Source of the DNA: Spirochaetia bacterium
GTDB lineage: Bacteria > Spirochaetota > Spirochaetia > SZUA-6 > Bin103
Reading direction: 5' to 3'
Assembly (NCBI GenBank): GCA_965203515.1
Contig: OZ241907.1
Location: 128,001-192,000 of the forward strand
Length of the DNA: 64,000 bases
The stretch's first letter is position 1, and each line of letters opens with the position of its first letter. This document shows positions 19,104 through 28,960 of this stretch, one piece after another. The notes below the pieces were generated by a model, which worked only from the letters and a program-made list of their open reading frames with translations, was not told the DNA's origin and made no database searches. Both the position numbers and the translations under genes were made by a program.

Positions 19104-20396
19104 ATGCGATTCCGGTTGCGGAAGGCGTCCGTCTTCATCGGCCCGGTCTTCATCGGCGCGGTCGCGTTGCTGATCGCCGCGTGCGCGCGTGAGACCGCGA
19201 ATGACGGTGACTTCGTGGCTGCGCCGGAACCGGCCGACCAGCGGGAACAGATCACGTCCTTGCAGATCCGCGTCTTCGACGAGATGTGGACCCTGTTGCG
19301 CGAGCACTACGTCTATGGCGACCTGCACGGGATCGCCTGGAACGAATTGCGGGAACGTTACCGGCCGCTGGTAGTGAATCTCCTGTCTCGGGCGGACTTC
19401 CCCGACACCGTGCGGCAGATGTTGGCCGAGCTGCCGCCGCTCGCCGCGCGGTGGGAGACGCGCGACGAGCGCATCCGCCTGGAGCTCGAAGACCCTTCCG
19501 CCTACGAAGGGATCGGCGCCTACGTCGCCTTCCGCGCAGACCCCACGCCGCGCATCATCCTGCTGTCGGTCATGCCCGGCTCGCCCGCGGATCAGGCCGG
19601 GCTCCGCCCCCACGATGCCATCACGGCGGTCAACGGCATCCCGGTACGGCGGGAGGAGGGGCCGGACGCGGTGTCGCGCATTCGCGGCCCGACCGGCGAG
19701 CCGGTGGTGCTGCGCGTCAGCTCGGTCGACCGGGCCGCGCGCGACGTGATCGTGGAACGGGGGCGCGTGGAGCTCGCGGAGGTCCTGAATCCGCTCAGCT
19801 ACGGGATGCTGGAGCCCGACCGCGTCGGCTATCTGCTGTTTCCGCGCGTCTCCTCGGAGACGCTGGTCACGGAGACGGTCGGCAGCATGCAGGCGTTCTC
19901 GGCCGCGGGAGAGGTGAGCGGCATCATCCTGGACCTGCGCATCGCCAGCGGGCTGCGGTGGCCGCTGGTGCCGCTGTTGTCGCTCTTCTCCGACGGCGAT
20001 CACGGCGATATCTACACCGCCCAGGGTGCGCAGCGCATCTCGGTCGAAGGCCAGGACCTGAACGGATCGCAGGCGGTGCCGCTGGTCGTGTTGATCGGAC
20101 CCGATACGGCGGGGTTGCCGGAAGTCCTGGCCGCTGCCCTGCAGGCGCGCCGGCGCGCCACCGTGGTCGGTCTCAGGACGCCCGGCGACGTGGAGAGCTT
20201 CGTCGACTTCGTGCTGCCGGACGGGTCGATCCTGAGCATCATGACCAGCGCCTATCGGTCGACTTCAGGACGCGAAGTCGGCCTGGACGGCGTGCAGCCC
20301 GACGTGCGGGCATCGCTCGATTGGGACGAGGTTTCCGAGCGGACCGACGCGGTCCGCAACACGGCGGTCTCCGTGCTCCGGCGCGGCGTCGGCTAG
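19104..20396 (+). CDS. S41-family (C-terminal processing peptidase-like) PDZ lipoprotein with degenerate catalytic motifs
   Basis: IAAC lipobox, GIG..., GSPADQAGL PDZ, IILDLR, ATVVG and GVQPDV. Confidence 0.8.
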   Translation: MRFRLRKASVFIGPVFIGAVALLIAACARETANDGDFVAAPEPADQREQITSLQIRVFDEMWTLLREHYVYGDLHGIAWNELRERYRPLVVNLLSRADFPDTVRQMLAELPPLAARWETRDERIRLELEDPSAYEGIGAYVAFRADPTPRIILLSVMPGSPADQAGLRPHDAITAVNGIPVRREEGPDAVSRIRGPTGEPVVLRVSSVDRAARDVIVERGRVELAEVLNPLSYGMLEPDRVGYLLFPRVSSETLVTETVGSMQAFSAAGEVSGIILDLRIASGLRWPLVPLLSLFSDGDHGDIYTAQGAQRISVEGQDLNGSQAVPLVVLIGPDTAGLPEVLAAALQARRRATVVGLRTPGDVESFVDFVLPDGSILSIMTSAYRSTSGREVGLDGVQPDVRASLDWDEVSERTDAVRNTAVSVLRRGVG

Positions 20397-20399
20397 GGG

Positions 20400-21719
20400 G
20401 TGGTGGCCATGCGGAGAACGGCCGTTCACGGCGCGCTCCGGACCGCCGCCGCGATCGGCGCCGCCGCAATCGGCGCCGCGCTGCTGATCGCCTGCCGGCT
20501 GCCCGATACCAGCGAGCAGAGCTGGCTGATGGGAGCCCTGGAGCGCAAGTCGGGCAAGATCGTCTACATGGGCATAGACGCCAACATCCGGGTGGCCGAT
20601 CAGGCCGGCGGCGCCGAGCAGCAGATCACGGCCGACGCTCAACGGACGGAGAACGCCGCTCGCATCTACCAGACCCCGATCTGGTCACCGGACGGCAGGC
20701 AGGTGGCGTTCGTCGGGATCGACTCGTTCCAGGGCCGCGCCTCCGGCAGGGTGGTCACCGCGCGCGCCGACGGCAGCAATGCGAAGGCGATCTCCACCGG
20801 CGGCCGCCTGCCGGCCAATCTCTACTGGTCGCCGGACAGCCGCACGCTCAGCTTCCTGACGGCCGGCCCCGGCGGCGGCGGCTTCCTGCTGCTGAGCTGG
20901 CAGCCGGCCGGCGCCGCGCCGGTGCAGACGCTCGACGCCGGCCGGCCGCTGTTCTGGAGCTGGGCGCCCGACAGCACCGGCGTGGCCGTGCACGCCGGTT
21001 CGGTGCGCAGGTCCAGCCGCCGGGTATCGTTTCTGGATGTGGGCGCGGAGGTGCTCGAGAGCGGACTGCCGGTGCAGCCGGCCCAGTTTCAGACGCCGGC
21101 GTGGTCACCGGACGGTCGGGGGGTGATGCTGGCCGCGGCGGCCGGCGACGGCGGCACCGAACTGGTGATCGCCCATCCCAAGCAGCGCGACCGACGCGAG
21201 GTGGTCGCCACCGCGCGCGGCGCGGTCACCTTCCTCTGGTCGCCGGACGGCGCGTCGATCGGCTACCTCACCCGCCGCGAAGAGGTCGAATCGATTGTGA
21301 GCCGGCTGCACCTGCGCGACGTGGCGACCGGCGCCGAGGCGACGCTGGAAGAGGACGGCGTGATCGCCTTCTTCTGGTCGCCCGACTCCAGGTCGGTCGC
21401 CTACTTCGTTCCGTCGGTGATCTCCCGGAACGAGGGCAGCGACCAGGCCCTGGTGCTCACGCTGCGCGTCTATGACCGCGAGCGGCGCTCGTCGGTCGAC
21501 ATCGAGACGTTCGTGCCCACGCCGCAGTTCGCGGCGGTGATCCGCGTCTTCGACCAGTACGGTCAGGCGGCGCGCATCTGGTCCCCGGACAGCCGCAACG
21601 TCGTGTACGCCGCGCTCACCGATGATGCCGGCCCCTCCATCATGGTGGCGCGGGCGGCGGGCAACCTGGTGCCGCGCAAGATGGCGCGGGGGCTGATAGG
21701 ATTCTGGTCATGGCAGTGA
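20400..21719 (+). CDS. TolB-like (PD40) beta-propeller lipoprotein
   Basis: LIAC lipobox and repeated WSPD motifs. Confidence 0.8.
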   Translation: MVAMRRTAVHGALRTAAAIGAAAIGAALLIACRLPDTSEQSWLMGALERKSGKIVYMGIDANIRVADQAGGAEQQITADAQRTENAARIYQTPIWSPDGRQVAFVGIDSFQGRASGRVVTARADGSNAKAISTGGRLPANLYWSPDSRTLSFLTAGPGGGGFLLLSWQPAGAAPVQTLDAGRPLFWSWAPDSTGVAVHAGSVRRSSRRVSFLDVGAEVLESGLPVQPAQFQTPAWSPDGRGVMLAAAAGDGGTELVIAHPKQRDRREVVATARGAVTFLWSPDGASIGYLTRREEVESIVSRLHLRDVATGAEATLEEDGVIAFFWSPDSRSVAYFVPSVISRNEGSDQALVLTLRVYDRERRSSVDIETFVPTPQFAAVIRVFDQYGQAARIWSPDSRNVVYAALTDDAGPSIMVARAAGNLVPRKMARGLIGFWSWQ

Positions 21720-23112
21720 CGGCCGCGCGGTGCGCGGGCGCACGGTGCGCGGACGCGCGGCTCGCGGGCGCGCGGCGGACCGGCGGCGATCGCCGCGGTC
21801 GGACCCGGCGGCATGCGCTCTGGCTGCTGCCGCTGGCGGCCGCCCTGCTGGTCTCCTGCTCGGTGCGCGGGGCGCAGATGTCGCAGAGCTCGCTGCTGGA
21901 GCGCTTCGAACGCCGGTCCGGGCTGATCGCGTTCATCGCGCTGGACGGCAACATCGCCACACCGACCAGACCGGCGACCGGCTCACGCAGCTCACCGACG
22001 ACGCCGGCAGCCGCGAAGGGGTGCGCCGCTGGTACACGTCGCCCACGTGGTCGGCGCGCGGACGCCGACTCGCCTTCGTCCGGTTCGATCAGCTCCGGGA
22101 CGGCAGCCTCCGCGGGGCGGTGCTCACCACCGACAACGCCTCGCGCAATCCGCAGGTGGTGTGGGAGAGCGATCAGCTCGCGCCGGTCTACCTGTACTGG
22201 TCCCCCGACAGTCGCTGGATCAGCGTGCTGTCGCAGCGCACCGCGGAGGACGGCATGGAGTTGGGCCTGGTCGACCCCTCCGGCCGGCTGAGCTACAAGC
22301 CGCTCGATACCGGGCTGCCGCTGTACTGGGCGTGGGACCCGGACAACCGCTTCATGCTGGCGCACGTCGGCGGCGGCACCGCGTCGGGCGGCCGGCTCAC
22401 GCTGCTGGACGTCCGCGGGGCGACCGGGAAGCGCAACTTCAACGTGCGCCCGACCCGCTTCCAGTCTCCGCAGGTCTCCCCGGACGGCGAGCGCATGCTG
22501 TACGTGGACAGCGAGTCGGGGTCGGCCCAGCTCGTGCTGCGCGACATCGAAGGACCGGGCCTGGACGTGCTCAAGACCGTCTCCGGCAGCGCCTTCTTCA
22601 GCTTCTCCCGCGACGGCCGCCGCGTCGCCGTCATGGAGTCGCCGTCTCCGCAGCTGTCGGCCGACGGGACCTTGCGCGTCCTGGAACCGCGCCGGCTGGA
22701 GCGCTCGGTGGAGCTGGAAGACCCGTCGGTGGTCGCCTTCTTCTGGGCGCCCGACAGCCGGCGCATCGCCTATCTGATACCGGTACGGCCCGACGGCCGG
22801 CAACTGATGGTGGAGCCGGAGTTCGCTGCCGACCCGGAGCAGGTCTACGTGCGCCTGCGAGTGATGGACGCCCGCTCCGGCGACGCCTGGGACGTCGCCA
22901 CCTTCCCGATCACGAACGGCAGTCTGAGCGGCCTGCAGTTCTTCGATCAGTACGCGCGCTCAGGGAACATCTGGTCGCCGGACGGCAACTGGCTGGTCTT
23001 CTCCGCGGTCGCGCGCGGCGGCTTCCCGGGCATATTCCTGGGATCGGCGTCGGGCAACCTCAAGCCCCGTTTCGTCACCCGCGGCGACCTGGGAGCGTGG
23101 TCGACCCGATGA
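21710..23112 (+). CDS. TolB-like beta-propeller lipoprotein paralog, apparent 1-bp frameshift at ~21960
   Basis: LVSC lipobox in 21710..22291 and WSPD repeats in 21730..23112. One added C (gcc acc acc gac) joins the frames, giving a protein colinear with the upstream paralog. Confidence 0.75.
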
Positions 23113-23152
23113 CGGTCCGCTCCCCCGACGCATCCCCGATGCCACGCCAAGC

Positions 23153-24514
23153 ATGCGCACCAGCCTCAGTACCCGCCTGATCGACGTTCTGCGCAACGTC
23201 ACCGGGCGCAAGCAGCTCACGGAACGAAACGTCCGGGACGCCGTCGCCGAGATCAGGAACGCCCTGCTCGAAGCCGACGTGAACGTGCGGGTGGTGCGCC
23301 GTTTCGTCAACCGGACGGTGGAAGAAGCGGTCGGCGACCGGCGCGTGTCAGGGGTTTCGGCCGCCGACCAGTTCACCCGCACGGTCCAGCAGCGCCTCAC
23401 GGAGATGCTCGGCGGTGACGATGCCGGGCTCGACCTGCGCGGCCTGCGGTCGCCGGCGACGATCCTCATGGTCGGCCTGCAGGGTTCCGGCAAGACCACC
23501 ACCGCGGCCAAGCTGGCCCGCAGGCTGGCCGCCGACGGCCGCCGACCGCTGTTGATCGCCGCCGACCGCGCGCGACCGGCGGCCGTCGAGCAGTTGGCGC
23601 TGCTCGGCCGCACGATCGGGGTCGACGTCTTTACCGCCGCCGGACTCCGTGGAGCGGATGGGGCGGCCAGGGTGACCCGGGAGGGGATCGAGCACGCGCG
23701 GCGCAGCGGCCATGACGTGATCATCGTCGACACCTCGGGCCGCAGTCAGGCTGACGAAGCGCTGATGCGGGAGCTGGAGCAGGTACGGTCGGTGCTGCGC
23801 CCCGATCGCACCTTGCTGGTCGCCGACGCGATGACCGGGCAGGCCGCGGCGACGGTCGCGCGCGGCTTCGATGAGCGCATCGGCATCACCGGCGCCATCC
23901 TGTCCAAGACCGACTCGGACGCTCGCGGCGGCGCGGCCCTGTCGATGAAGGGCGTCACCGGCAAGCCGGTCTGCTTCATCGGCACCGGGGAGCGGCTGGA
24001 GGACCTCGAGCCGTTTCACGCCGAGCGCTTCGCCGGACAGATACTGGGCATGGGCGACGTCGTCAGCCTGGTGGAAAAGGCCGAGCAGGTGATCGACCAG
24101 CGGCAGGCGGAACGGACGCTGCGGCGCGTGCGTTCGAACACGCTGACGCTGGCCGACTACCTGGAGCAGATGCGCGGCCTGCGCAAGATGGGCGATCTGG
24201 AAGCGCTGATCGACAAGATCCCGGGCGCGCGCGCGGCGGTGGCGGAGGGCGCGATCGACGAGCGGGTACTGCGCGCCGAAGAGGCCATGATATTGTCGAT
24301 GACCCCGGCCGAACGGGAGAATCATCGGATCCTGGGCCCGTCACGGCGGCGCCGGGTGGCGCGGGGAAGCGGTACGACCGTGTCGGCGGTCAGCCGATTC
24401 CTGAAGAAATTCGACAAGATGTCGGCGACCATGCGGAAGATGGCTCGAGGCGGCGCCGCCAGCGGAGTGAAACCCGCCCGCGCCGCCCGCGGTCTTCGGC
24501 GGCGCAGCCGCTGA
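23153..24514 (+). CDS. ffh: Signal recognition particle protein
   Basis: [34 protein letters not shown] and SMTPAER. Confidence 0.95.
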   Translation: MRTSLSTRLIDVLRNVTGRKQLTERNVRDAVAEIRNALLEADVNVRVVRRFVNRTVEEAVGDRRVSGVSAADQFTRTVQQRLTEMLGGDDAGLDLRGLRSPATILMVGLQGSGKTTTAAKLARRLAADGRRPLLIAADRARPAAVEQLALLGRTIGVDVFTAAGLRGADGAARVTREGIEHARRSGHDVIIVDTSGRSQADEALMRELEQVRSVLRPDRTLLVADAMTGQAAATVARGFDERIGITGAILSKTDSDARGGAALSMKGVTGKPVCFIGTGERLEDLEPFHAERFAGQILGMGDVVSLVEKAEQVIDQRQAERTLRRVRSNTLTLADYLEQMRGLRKMGDLEALIDKIPGARAAVAEGAIDERVLRAEEAMILSMTPAERENHRILGPSRRRRVARGSGTTVSAVSRFLKKFDKMSATMRKMARGGAASGVKPARAARGLRRRSR

Positions 24515-24540
24515 CCCGATACTACAGCAGGAGCGAACAG

Positions 24541-24855
24541 ATGAGCGTAGCGATCCGACTCAAGCGACGAGGGACGAGGAACCGTCCATTCTACCGGGTC
24601 GTCGTGATCGACTCGCGGCGGCCGCGCGACGGCAGGGTGATCGAAGAGGTCGGCCGCTATCAGCCGACCGAACCCGAGGGCGCGCAGGCGACCCTCGACG
24701 AAGCGCGCGTGCGCGATTGGATCGGCAAGGGCGCCCGACCGTCGCCAACCGTGCGGCGCATTCTCAACAGCCAGGCGCGCGGCCGAACCCCGGTGTCCGA
24801 GGACGGACAGACCCCGGTGTCCGAGGACGGACCGGCCCCCGCGTCCGAGGAGTGA
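24541..24855 (+). CDS. rpsP: 30S ribosomal protein S16
   Basis: [24 protein letters not shown]-terminal tail has a 24-bp duplication. Confidence 0.96.
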   Translation: MSVAIRLKRRGTRNRPFYRVVVIDSRRPRDGRVIEEVGRYQPTEPEGAQATLDEARVRDWIGKGARPSPTVRRILNSQARGRTPVSEDGQTPVSEDGPAPASEE

Positions 24856-24872
24856 CTCGGTGGAGGTGAACG

Positions 24873-25106
24873 ATGGAAAGGGAGTTGGTGGAGTTCGTCG
24901 CTCGCGCCCTGGTGGACGACCCTGACGGGGTAGAGGTCACCGTGGTCGAAGGCGAAAAGTCGACGATCGTGGAGTTGAAGGTCGCCGACGGCGACCTGGG
25001 CAAGGTCATCGGCAAGCAGGGCCGGATCGCCAAGGCGATCCGCACCATCCTCAGCGCCGCCGGCACCAAGACCGGCAAGCGGGTGGTGCTCGAGATCATC
25101 GACTGA
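24873..25106 (+). CDS. khpA: KH-domain RNA-binding protein
   Basis: [18 protein letters not shown] and position after rpsP. Confidence 0.92.
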   Translation: MERELVEFVARALVDDPDGVEVTVVEGEKSTIVELKVADGDLGKVIGKQGRIAKAIRTILSAAGTKTGKRVVLEIID

Positions 25107-25115
25107 GCCGCCCCC

Positions 25116-25652
25116 ATGTGCGGGGAAGCCGTGCGCCGCGCGCGGCAACGGCAGCTCATCGCGGTGGGCCGCGTCCGGCGCGCGCACGGCGTGCACGGCT
25201 TCGTGCGCTTCGAGAGCCTCTCCGGAGAGATCGGTCACTTTCCGTCGATGCGGCAGGTGGAGCTTCGCGGCCGCGGCCGGCCGGCGCGCCGCTACGTCGT
25301 GGAGTCGTTCCGGCTGGGCGCGCCGACGCTGCTGATGAAGCTCGGCGGCGTCGACGACCGTGACGCCGCCGCCGAGCTCGCCGGCCGCGAGATCTGGGTC
25401 GACCGACGATACGCGGCGCCGCTGGGACCCGACGAGTATTATCTGGCCGATCTGACCGGCTGCGAGTTGTACCGGAACGGCCGGATGATCGGCACGGTGC
25501 GCGCGGTGCTGGAGGCGGGCGCCGGCGATCTGCTGGAGGCGATCGGCGCCGACGGCCGGACCATGCTGATCCCGTTTCGCCGCCGGTACGTGCGGTCGAC
25601 CGATGTCGACGCCGGCGTCATCGAGCTGGCCGGCGACGCCGGCGTGGAATGA
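25116..25652 (+). CDS. rimM: Ribosome maturation factor RimM
   Basis: AHGVHG, EYYLADLTG, LIPF and operon context. Confidence 0.92.
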   Translation: MCGEAVRRARQRQLIAVGRVRRAHGVHGFVRFESLSGEIGHFPSMRQVELRGRGRPARRYVVESFRLGAPTLLMKLGGVDDRDAAAELAGREIWVDRRYAAPLGPDEYYLADLTGCELYRNGRMIGTVRAVLEAGAGDLLEAIGADGRTMLIPFRRRYVRSTDVDAGVIELAGDAGVE

Positions 25653-26347
25653 CGTTCACCGTCCTGACGCTCTTTCCGGAGCTGTTGACCCCGTTCGTGA
25701 CGACGTCGATCATCGGCCGCGCCATCGAGCGCGGCCTGATCGACGTCGAGACCGTCGACATCCGCGACTTTGCCGATGACCCGCACCACACCTGCGATGA
25801 CAGTCCGTACGGAGGCGGCGCGGGCATGGTGTTGAAGGCGGAGCCGGTCGGCAACGCGATCGAATCGGTGCTGCGCCGGCGCGCGGCCCGGCCGCGCACC
25901 GTCTACCTTACGGCGGGCGGCGCGCCGTTCGACCGCGATCTGGCGCGCCGCTGGGCGGCGGAGGGGCGGGAGCTGCTGCTGCTGGCCGGCCGGTACGAGG
26001 GGGTCGACCAGCGGGCCGTCGATCTGTTCGTGGACGACGAGGTGTCGATCGGGGACTACGTGCTGATCGGGGGAGAAGTGGCGGCGATGGTGGTGATGGA
26101 GGCGGTGGCGCGGCTGGTGCCGGGAGTGATCCAGGCGGCGTCGCTCGCCGAGGAGAGTTTCGAGGGCGACGTGCTCGAATATCCGCAGTACACTCGACCT
26201 GCGGTCTTCCGCGGCGTGGCGGTACCGCCGGTACTGCTGTCGGGGGACCATGCGCGGATCAGGGAGTGGCGTCGCGTCCAGGCGGCGGAGCGAACGTCCC
26301 GCCTGCGGCCGGACTTGGTGCGAAGGAGCGAACGATGCAGCAACTGA
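25649..26347 (+). CDS. trmD: tRNA (guanine-N1)-methyltransferase
   Basis: [32 protein letters not shown] and YPQYTRP. Confidence 0.96.
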   Translation: MTFTVLTLFPELLTPFVTTSIIGRAIERGLIDVETVDIRDFADDPHHTCDDSPYGGGAGMVLKAEPVGNAIESVLRRRAARPRTVYLTAGGAPFDRDLARRWAAEGRELLLLAGRYEGVDQRAVDLFVDDEVSIGDYVLIGGEVAAMVVMEAVARLVPGVIQAASLAEESFEGDVLEYPQYTRPAVFRGVAVPPVLLSGDHARIREWRRVQAAERTSRLRPDLVRRSERCSN

Positions 26348-26691
26348 TACGGGAGATCGAGACCGAGCAGACGCGGTCTCATGCGACGGAGTTCGGGATC
26401 GGCGACTCGGTGCGCATCCACTTCAAGATCATCGAGGGCAGGAACGAGCGGACGCAGGTGTTCGAAGGGACCTGCATCGCGCGCAAGGGATCGGGCGTCA
26501 GCGCAACCTTTACGGTCCGCAAGATCTCCTACGGTGTGGGCGTGGAGCGGGTCTTCCCGCTGCATTCGCCCAAGATCGCCAAGATCGAGGTCTCGCGCCG
26601 CGGCCGCGTGCGCCGGGCCAAGCTCTTCTATCTGCGCGACCGGGTCGGCAAGGCGGCGAAGGTGCCCGAACGCCGCGTCCGCAAGCGGTAG
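26335..26691 (+). CDS. rplS: 50S ribosomal protein L19
   Basis: [21 protein letters not shown] and [20 protein letters not shown]. Confidence 0.96.
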   Translation: MQQLIREIETEQTRSHATEFGIGDSVRIHFKIIEGRNERTQVFEGTCIARKGSGVSATFTVRKISYGVGVERVFPLHSPKIAKIEVSRRGRVRRAKLFYLRDRVGKAAKVPERRVRKR

Positions 26692-26780
26692 GCGGCTCGC
26701 CGGCCGCCGGCGCGATTCGCCGCGACCGGTGAAACGGAACGAGCGCCGCGAAACCCGCGCTCCATTATTGACGATACTGT

Positions 26781-27218
26781 ATGCAAGATGTGCCGACCGG
26801 TGGATCGGCGCGGGCCGCGGCTGCGGCGCGCCGGAGCGATCGACAGGACCGACTCAACAGTGTCGAGAAGGGCAGGATCGGCGAGCGGCGGGCCGCCGCG
26901 TTCCTGCAGGAGCGCGGCTATCGCGTCGTCGAGCGCAACGTGCGCACGCGCGCCGGAGAGATCGATCTCATCGCGCGCGCGGGCGACCGTATCGTGTTCC
27001 TCGAGGTCAAGGCGTGGGGCAGCTTCGGCGCCTCCGACTTGGCGGCGGTCGTGAACGACCGCAAGCGGCTGCGGATCGCGCGCGCGGCGGCGGCGTTTCT
27101 GGCCGCCAACCCGCGCTATGGCGGGCTGCGGCCCCGTTTCGACGTCCTGCTGTTGCGCGCGGGGCAGCCGCCACTGCATCTGCAGTCGGCATTCGGCGCC
27201 GACGGCGGGCTGCTGTGA
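26781..27218 (+). CDS. yraN: YraN family (UPF0102) endonuclease-like protein
   Basis: GRIGE..A, GEIDLIA, FLEVK and RFDV. Confidence 0.88.
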   Translation: MQDVPTGGSARAAAAARRSDRQDRLNSVEKGRIGERRAAAFLQERGYRVVERNVRTRAGEIDLIARAGDRIVFLEVKAWGSFGASDLAAVVNDRKRLRIARAAAAFLAANPRYGGLRPRFDVLLLRAGQPPLHLQSAFGADGGLL

Positions 27219-27355
27219 CGCCGTCCGGCAGGCGCCGCGTCACCCGGCTCGCCGGGCTGCGCAGCAAGATCCGCGACTCGCGATACCTGGAGCGCGCCAT
27301 CCGCTACGTGGCGCAACTCCTGATCGACGGTGCGTCGCGGGCTCCCCGCAAGTGA
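27215..27355 (+). CDS. Small hypothetical protein (46 aa)
   Basis: GTGA start/stop overlaps at both ends; LRSKIRDSRYLERAIRYVAQLL amphipathic helix. Confidence 0.55.
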   Translation: MTPSGRRRVTRLAGLRSKIRDSRYLERAIRYVAQLLIDGASRAPRK

Positions 27356-27654
27356 ACCGTCCCGCGCCGCTCTGCCCGCTCTGCCTGGAGTCGGTGGACG
27401 ATCTGCTGCACGCGCTGGCGCATCCGGACACCGGGGCGCCGGCCCACTTCGAGTGCGTAGTGCGCGAGATCAGCCAAGGGGAGCGCCTGGAGCCGGGCGA
27501 GCAGGTCTGCTACGTGGGCGGCGGCGTCTTCGGCATCGTGCGCGCCGGCCGCGGGCGTCGCGGCGCCCGCATCCGCAAGCGCATCCCGTACGAGCCGGAG
27601 AGCGTGCCGCCGCAGTGGCGCAGCGAGCAGATCCGCCGCCTGCCGAACCGGTGA
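27352..27654 (+). CDS. Hypothetical protein with CxxC...HxxC putative zinc site
   Basis: CPLC, AHFEC and YVGGGVFGIV; translationally coupled GTGA start. Confidence 0.7.
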   Translation: MNRPAPLCPLCLESVDDLLHALAHPDTGAPAHFECVVREISQGERLEPGEQVCYVGGGVFGIVRAGRGRRGARIRKRIPYEPESVPPQWRSEQIRRLPNR

Positions 27655-27686
27655 TCGGACCTCGCCGCAAACGGTCCGGCGCGGCG

Positions 27687-27716
27687 TTGACAACCATGCA
27701 CGGTTCGCCATAGCTT
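27687..27716 (+). promoter_or_regulatory. Sigma70-type promoter of rpmF-acpP-rnc
   Basis: TTGACA-18 nt-TAGCTT. Confidence 0.5.
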
Positions 27717-27734
27717 CCCCTGCACAGGACCGAG

Positions 27735-27923
27735 ATGGCTGTTCCCGCGCGCAAGACTTCCAAATCCCGCAGCCGGCGGCGCCGCGCCGTCAACATGCGG
27801 GTGAAGGCACCGTCGATCATCGAATGCGGCACCTGCGGCAATCGGGTCCTGCGGCACCGGGTATGTCCGAAGTGCGGGCACTATCGCGGCAAGCCGGTGC
27901 TGGAAACGGCGGAGATCGCCTGA
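27735..27923 (+). CDS. rpmF: 50S ribosomal protein L32
   Basis: MAVP..KTSKSR..RRR, CxxC and HRVCPKCGHY. Confidence 0.96.
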   Translation: MAVPARKTSKSRSRRRRAVNMRVKAPSIIECGTCGNRVLRHRVCPKCGHYRGKPVLETAEIA

Positions 27924-27954
27924 CACCGAACCCCTCCCTGGAGGCGCTGCAAAC

Positions 27955-28194
27955 ATGGATGCTGAACTCTTCGACAAGATGAAGAAGCTGATCGCGGACC
28001 GGCTCGAGATCGAGGAGGACAAGATCACCCTCGAATCTTCCTTCCGGCAGGATCTGGGCGCCGACAGTCTGGACACCTACGAGCTCGTCTACGCGATCGA
28101 GGAAGAGTTGGGCATCACCATCCCCGATGAGAAGGCCAACGAGTTCGAGACCGTGAAGGACGCGCTGGCCTACATCGAGTCGCAGATCAAGTAG
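27955..28194 (+). CDS. acpP: Acyl carrier protein
   Basis: DLGADSLD phosphopantetheine motif. Confidence 0.96.
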   Translation: MDAELFDKMKKLIADRLEIEEDKITLESSFRQDLGADSLDTYELVYAIEEELGITIPDEKANEFETVKDALAYIESQIK

Positions 28195-28303
28195 AGTTCG
28201 TCACGTAGAGGTCCTTGCACCGGTAGCGCCGGCCCGCCGCGCCGATCTGCGTTCCCTGCAGCGACGGATCGGGGTTCGCTTCCGCGATGAGCGGCTCCTG
28301 GAC

Positions 28304-28960
28304 ATGGCCCTCTGTCACCGCTCCCATACCGCCGAGACCGGCGCGTCAAGCAACGAGCGGCTCGAGTTCCTGGGCGACGCGGTGCTGGGACTGGTGGTCA
28401 GCCAGTGGGTCTACCGCCGGCTCGACGGCCGACCGGAAGGAGACTTGGCGCGCGTCAAGTCGGTGGTGGTGAGCGAGGAGAGCCTGGCGCGGATCGCCCG
28501 GCAGATCGCGGTCGACCGGCATCTGCTGCTCGGCCGCGGTGAGGAGCGCTCCGGCGGCCGCGGCAAGAGCGCCCTGCTGGCGGACGCGCTGGAAGCGCTC
28601 ATCGGCGCCTGCTATCTCGACTCCGGATTGCGCGCCGCCGAGCGGCTCATCGAGTGCGCCTTCGCCGAGGAGTTCGACGACGTGATCGCCGGCCACCGCC
28701 AGGACTACAAGACGTTGTTGCAGGAGCTGTGTCAGAAGCGCTTTCGCGCGTTTCCCAAGTACCGCGTCAACGATCGGCGCGGCCCCGACCACGATCGGAC
28801 CTTCTCGATCGACGTGGTGGTCGACGGCCGGCCGTACGGCCCGGCGGAGGGAAGGAGCAAGAAGCAGGCCGAGCAGCGCGTGGCGCGCATCGCTTACGCG
28901 GAGCTCGCCGGCAGGGAGGACGGCGGCAGGGAGGGCGCCCGCCCGCCCGCCGCCGACTGA
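28304..28960 (+). CDS. rnc: Ribonuclease III
   Basis: NERLEFLGDAVL, ADALEALIGA, DYKTLLQE and dsRBD SKKQAEQ. Homology probably extends upstream in frame to ~28240. Confidence 0.95.
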   Translation: MALCHRSHTAETGASSNERLEFLGDAVLGLVVSQWVYRRLDGRPEGDLARVKSVVVSEESLARIARQIAVDRHLLLGRGEERSGGRGKSALLADALEALIGACYLDSGLRAAERLIECAFAEEFDDVIAGHRQDYKTLLQELCQKRFRAFPKYRVNDRRGPDHDRTFSIDVVVDGRPYGPAEGRSKKQAEQRVARIAYAELAGREDGGREGARPPAAD

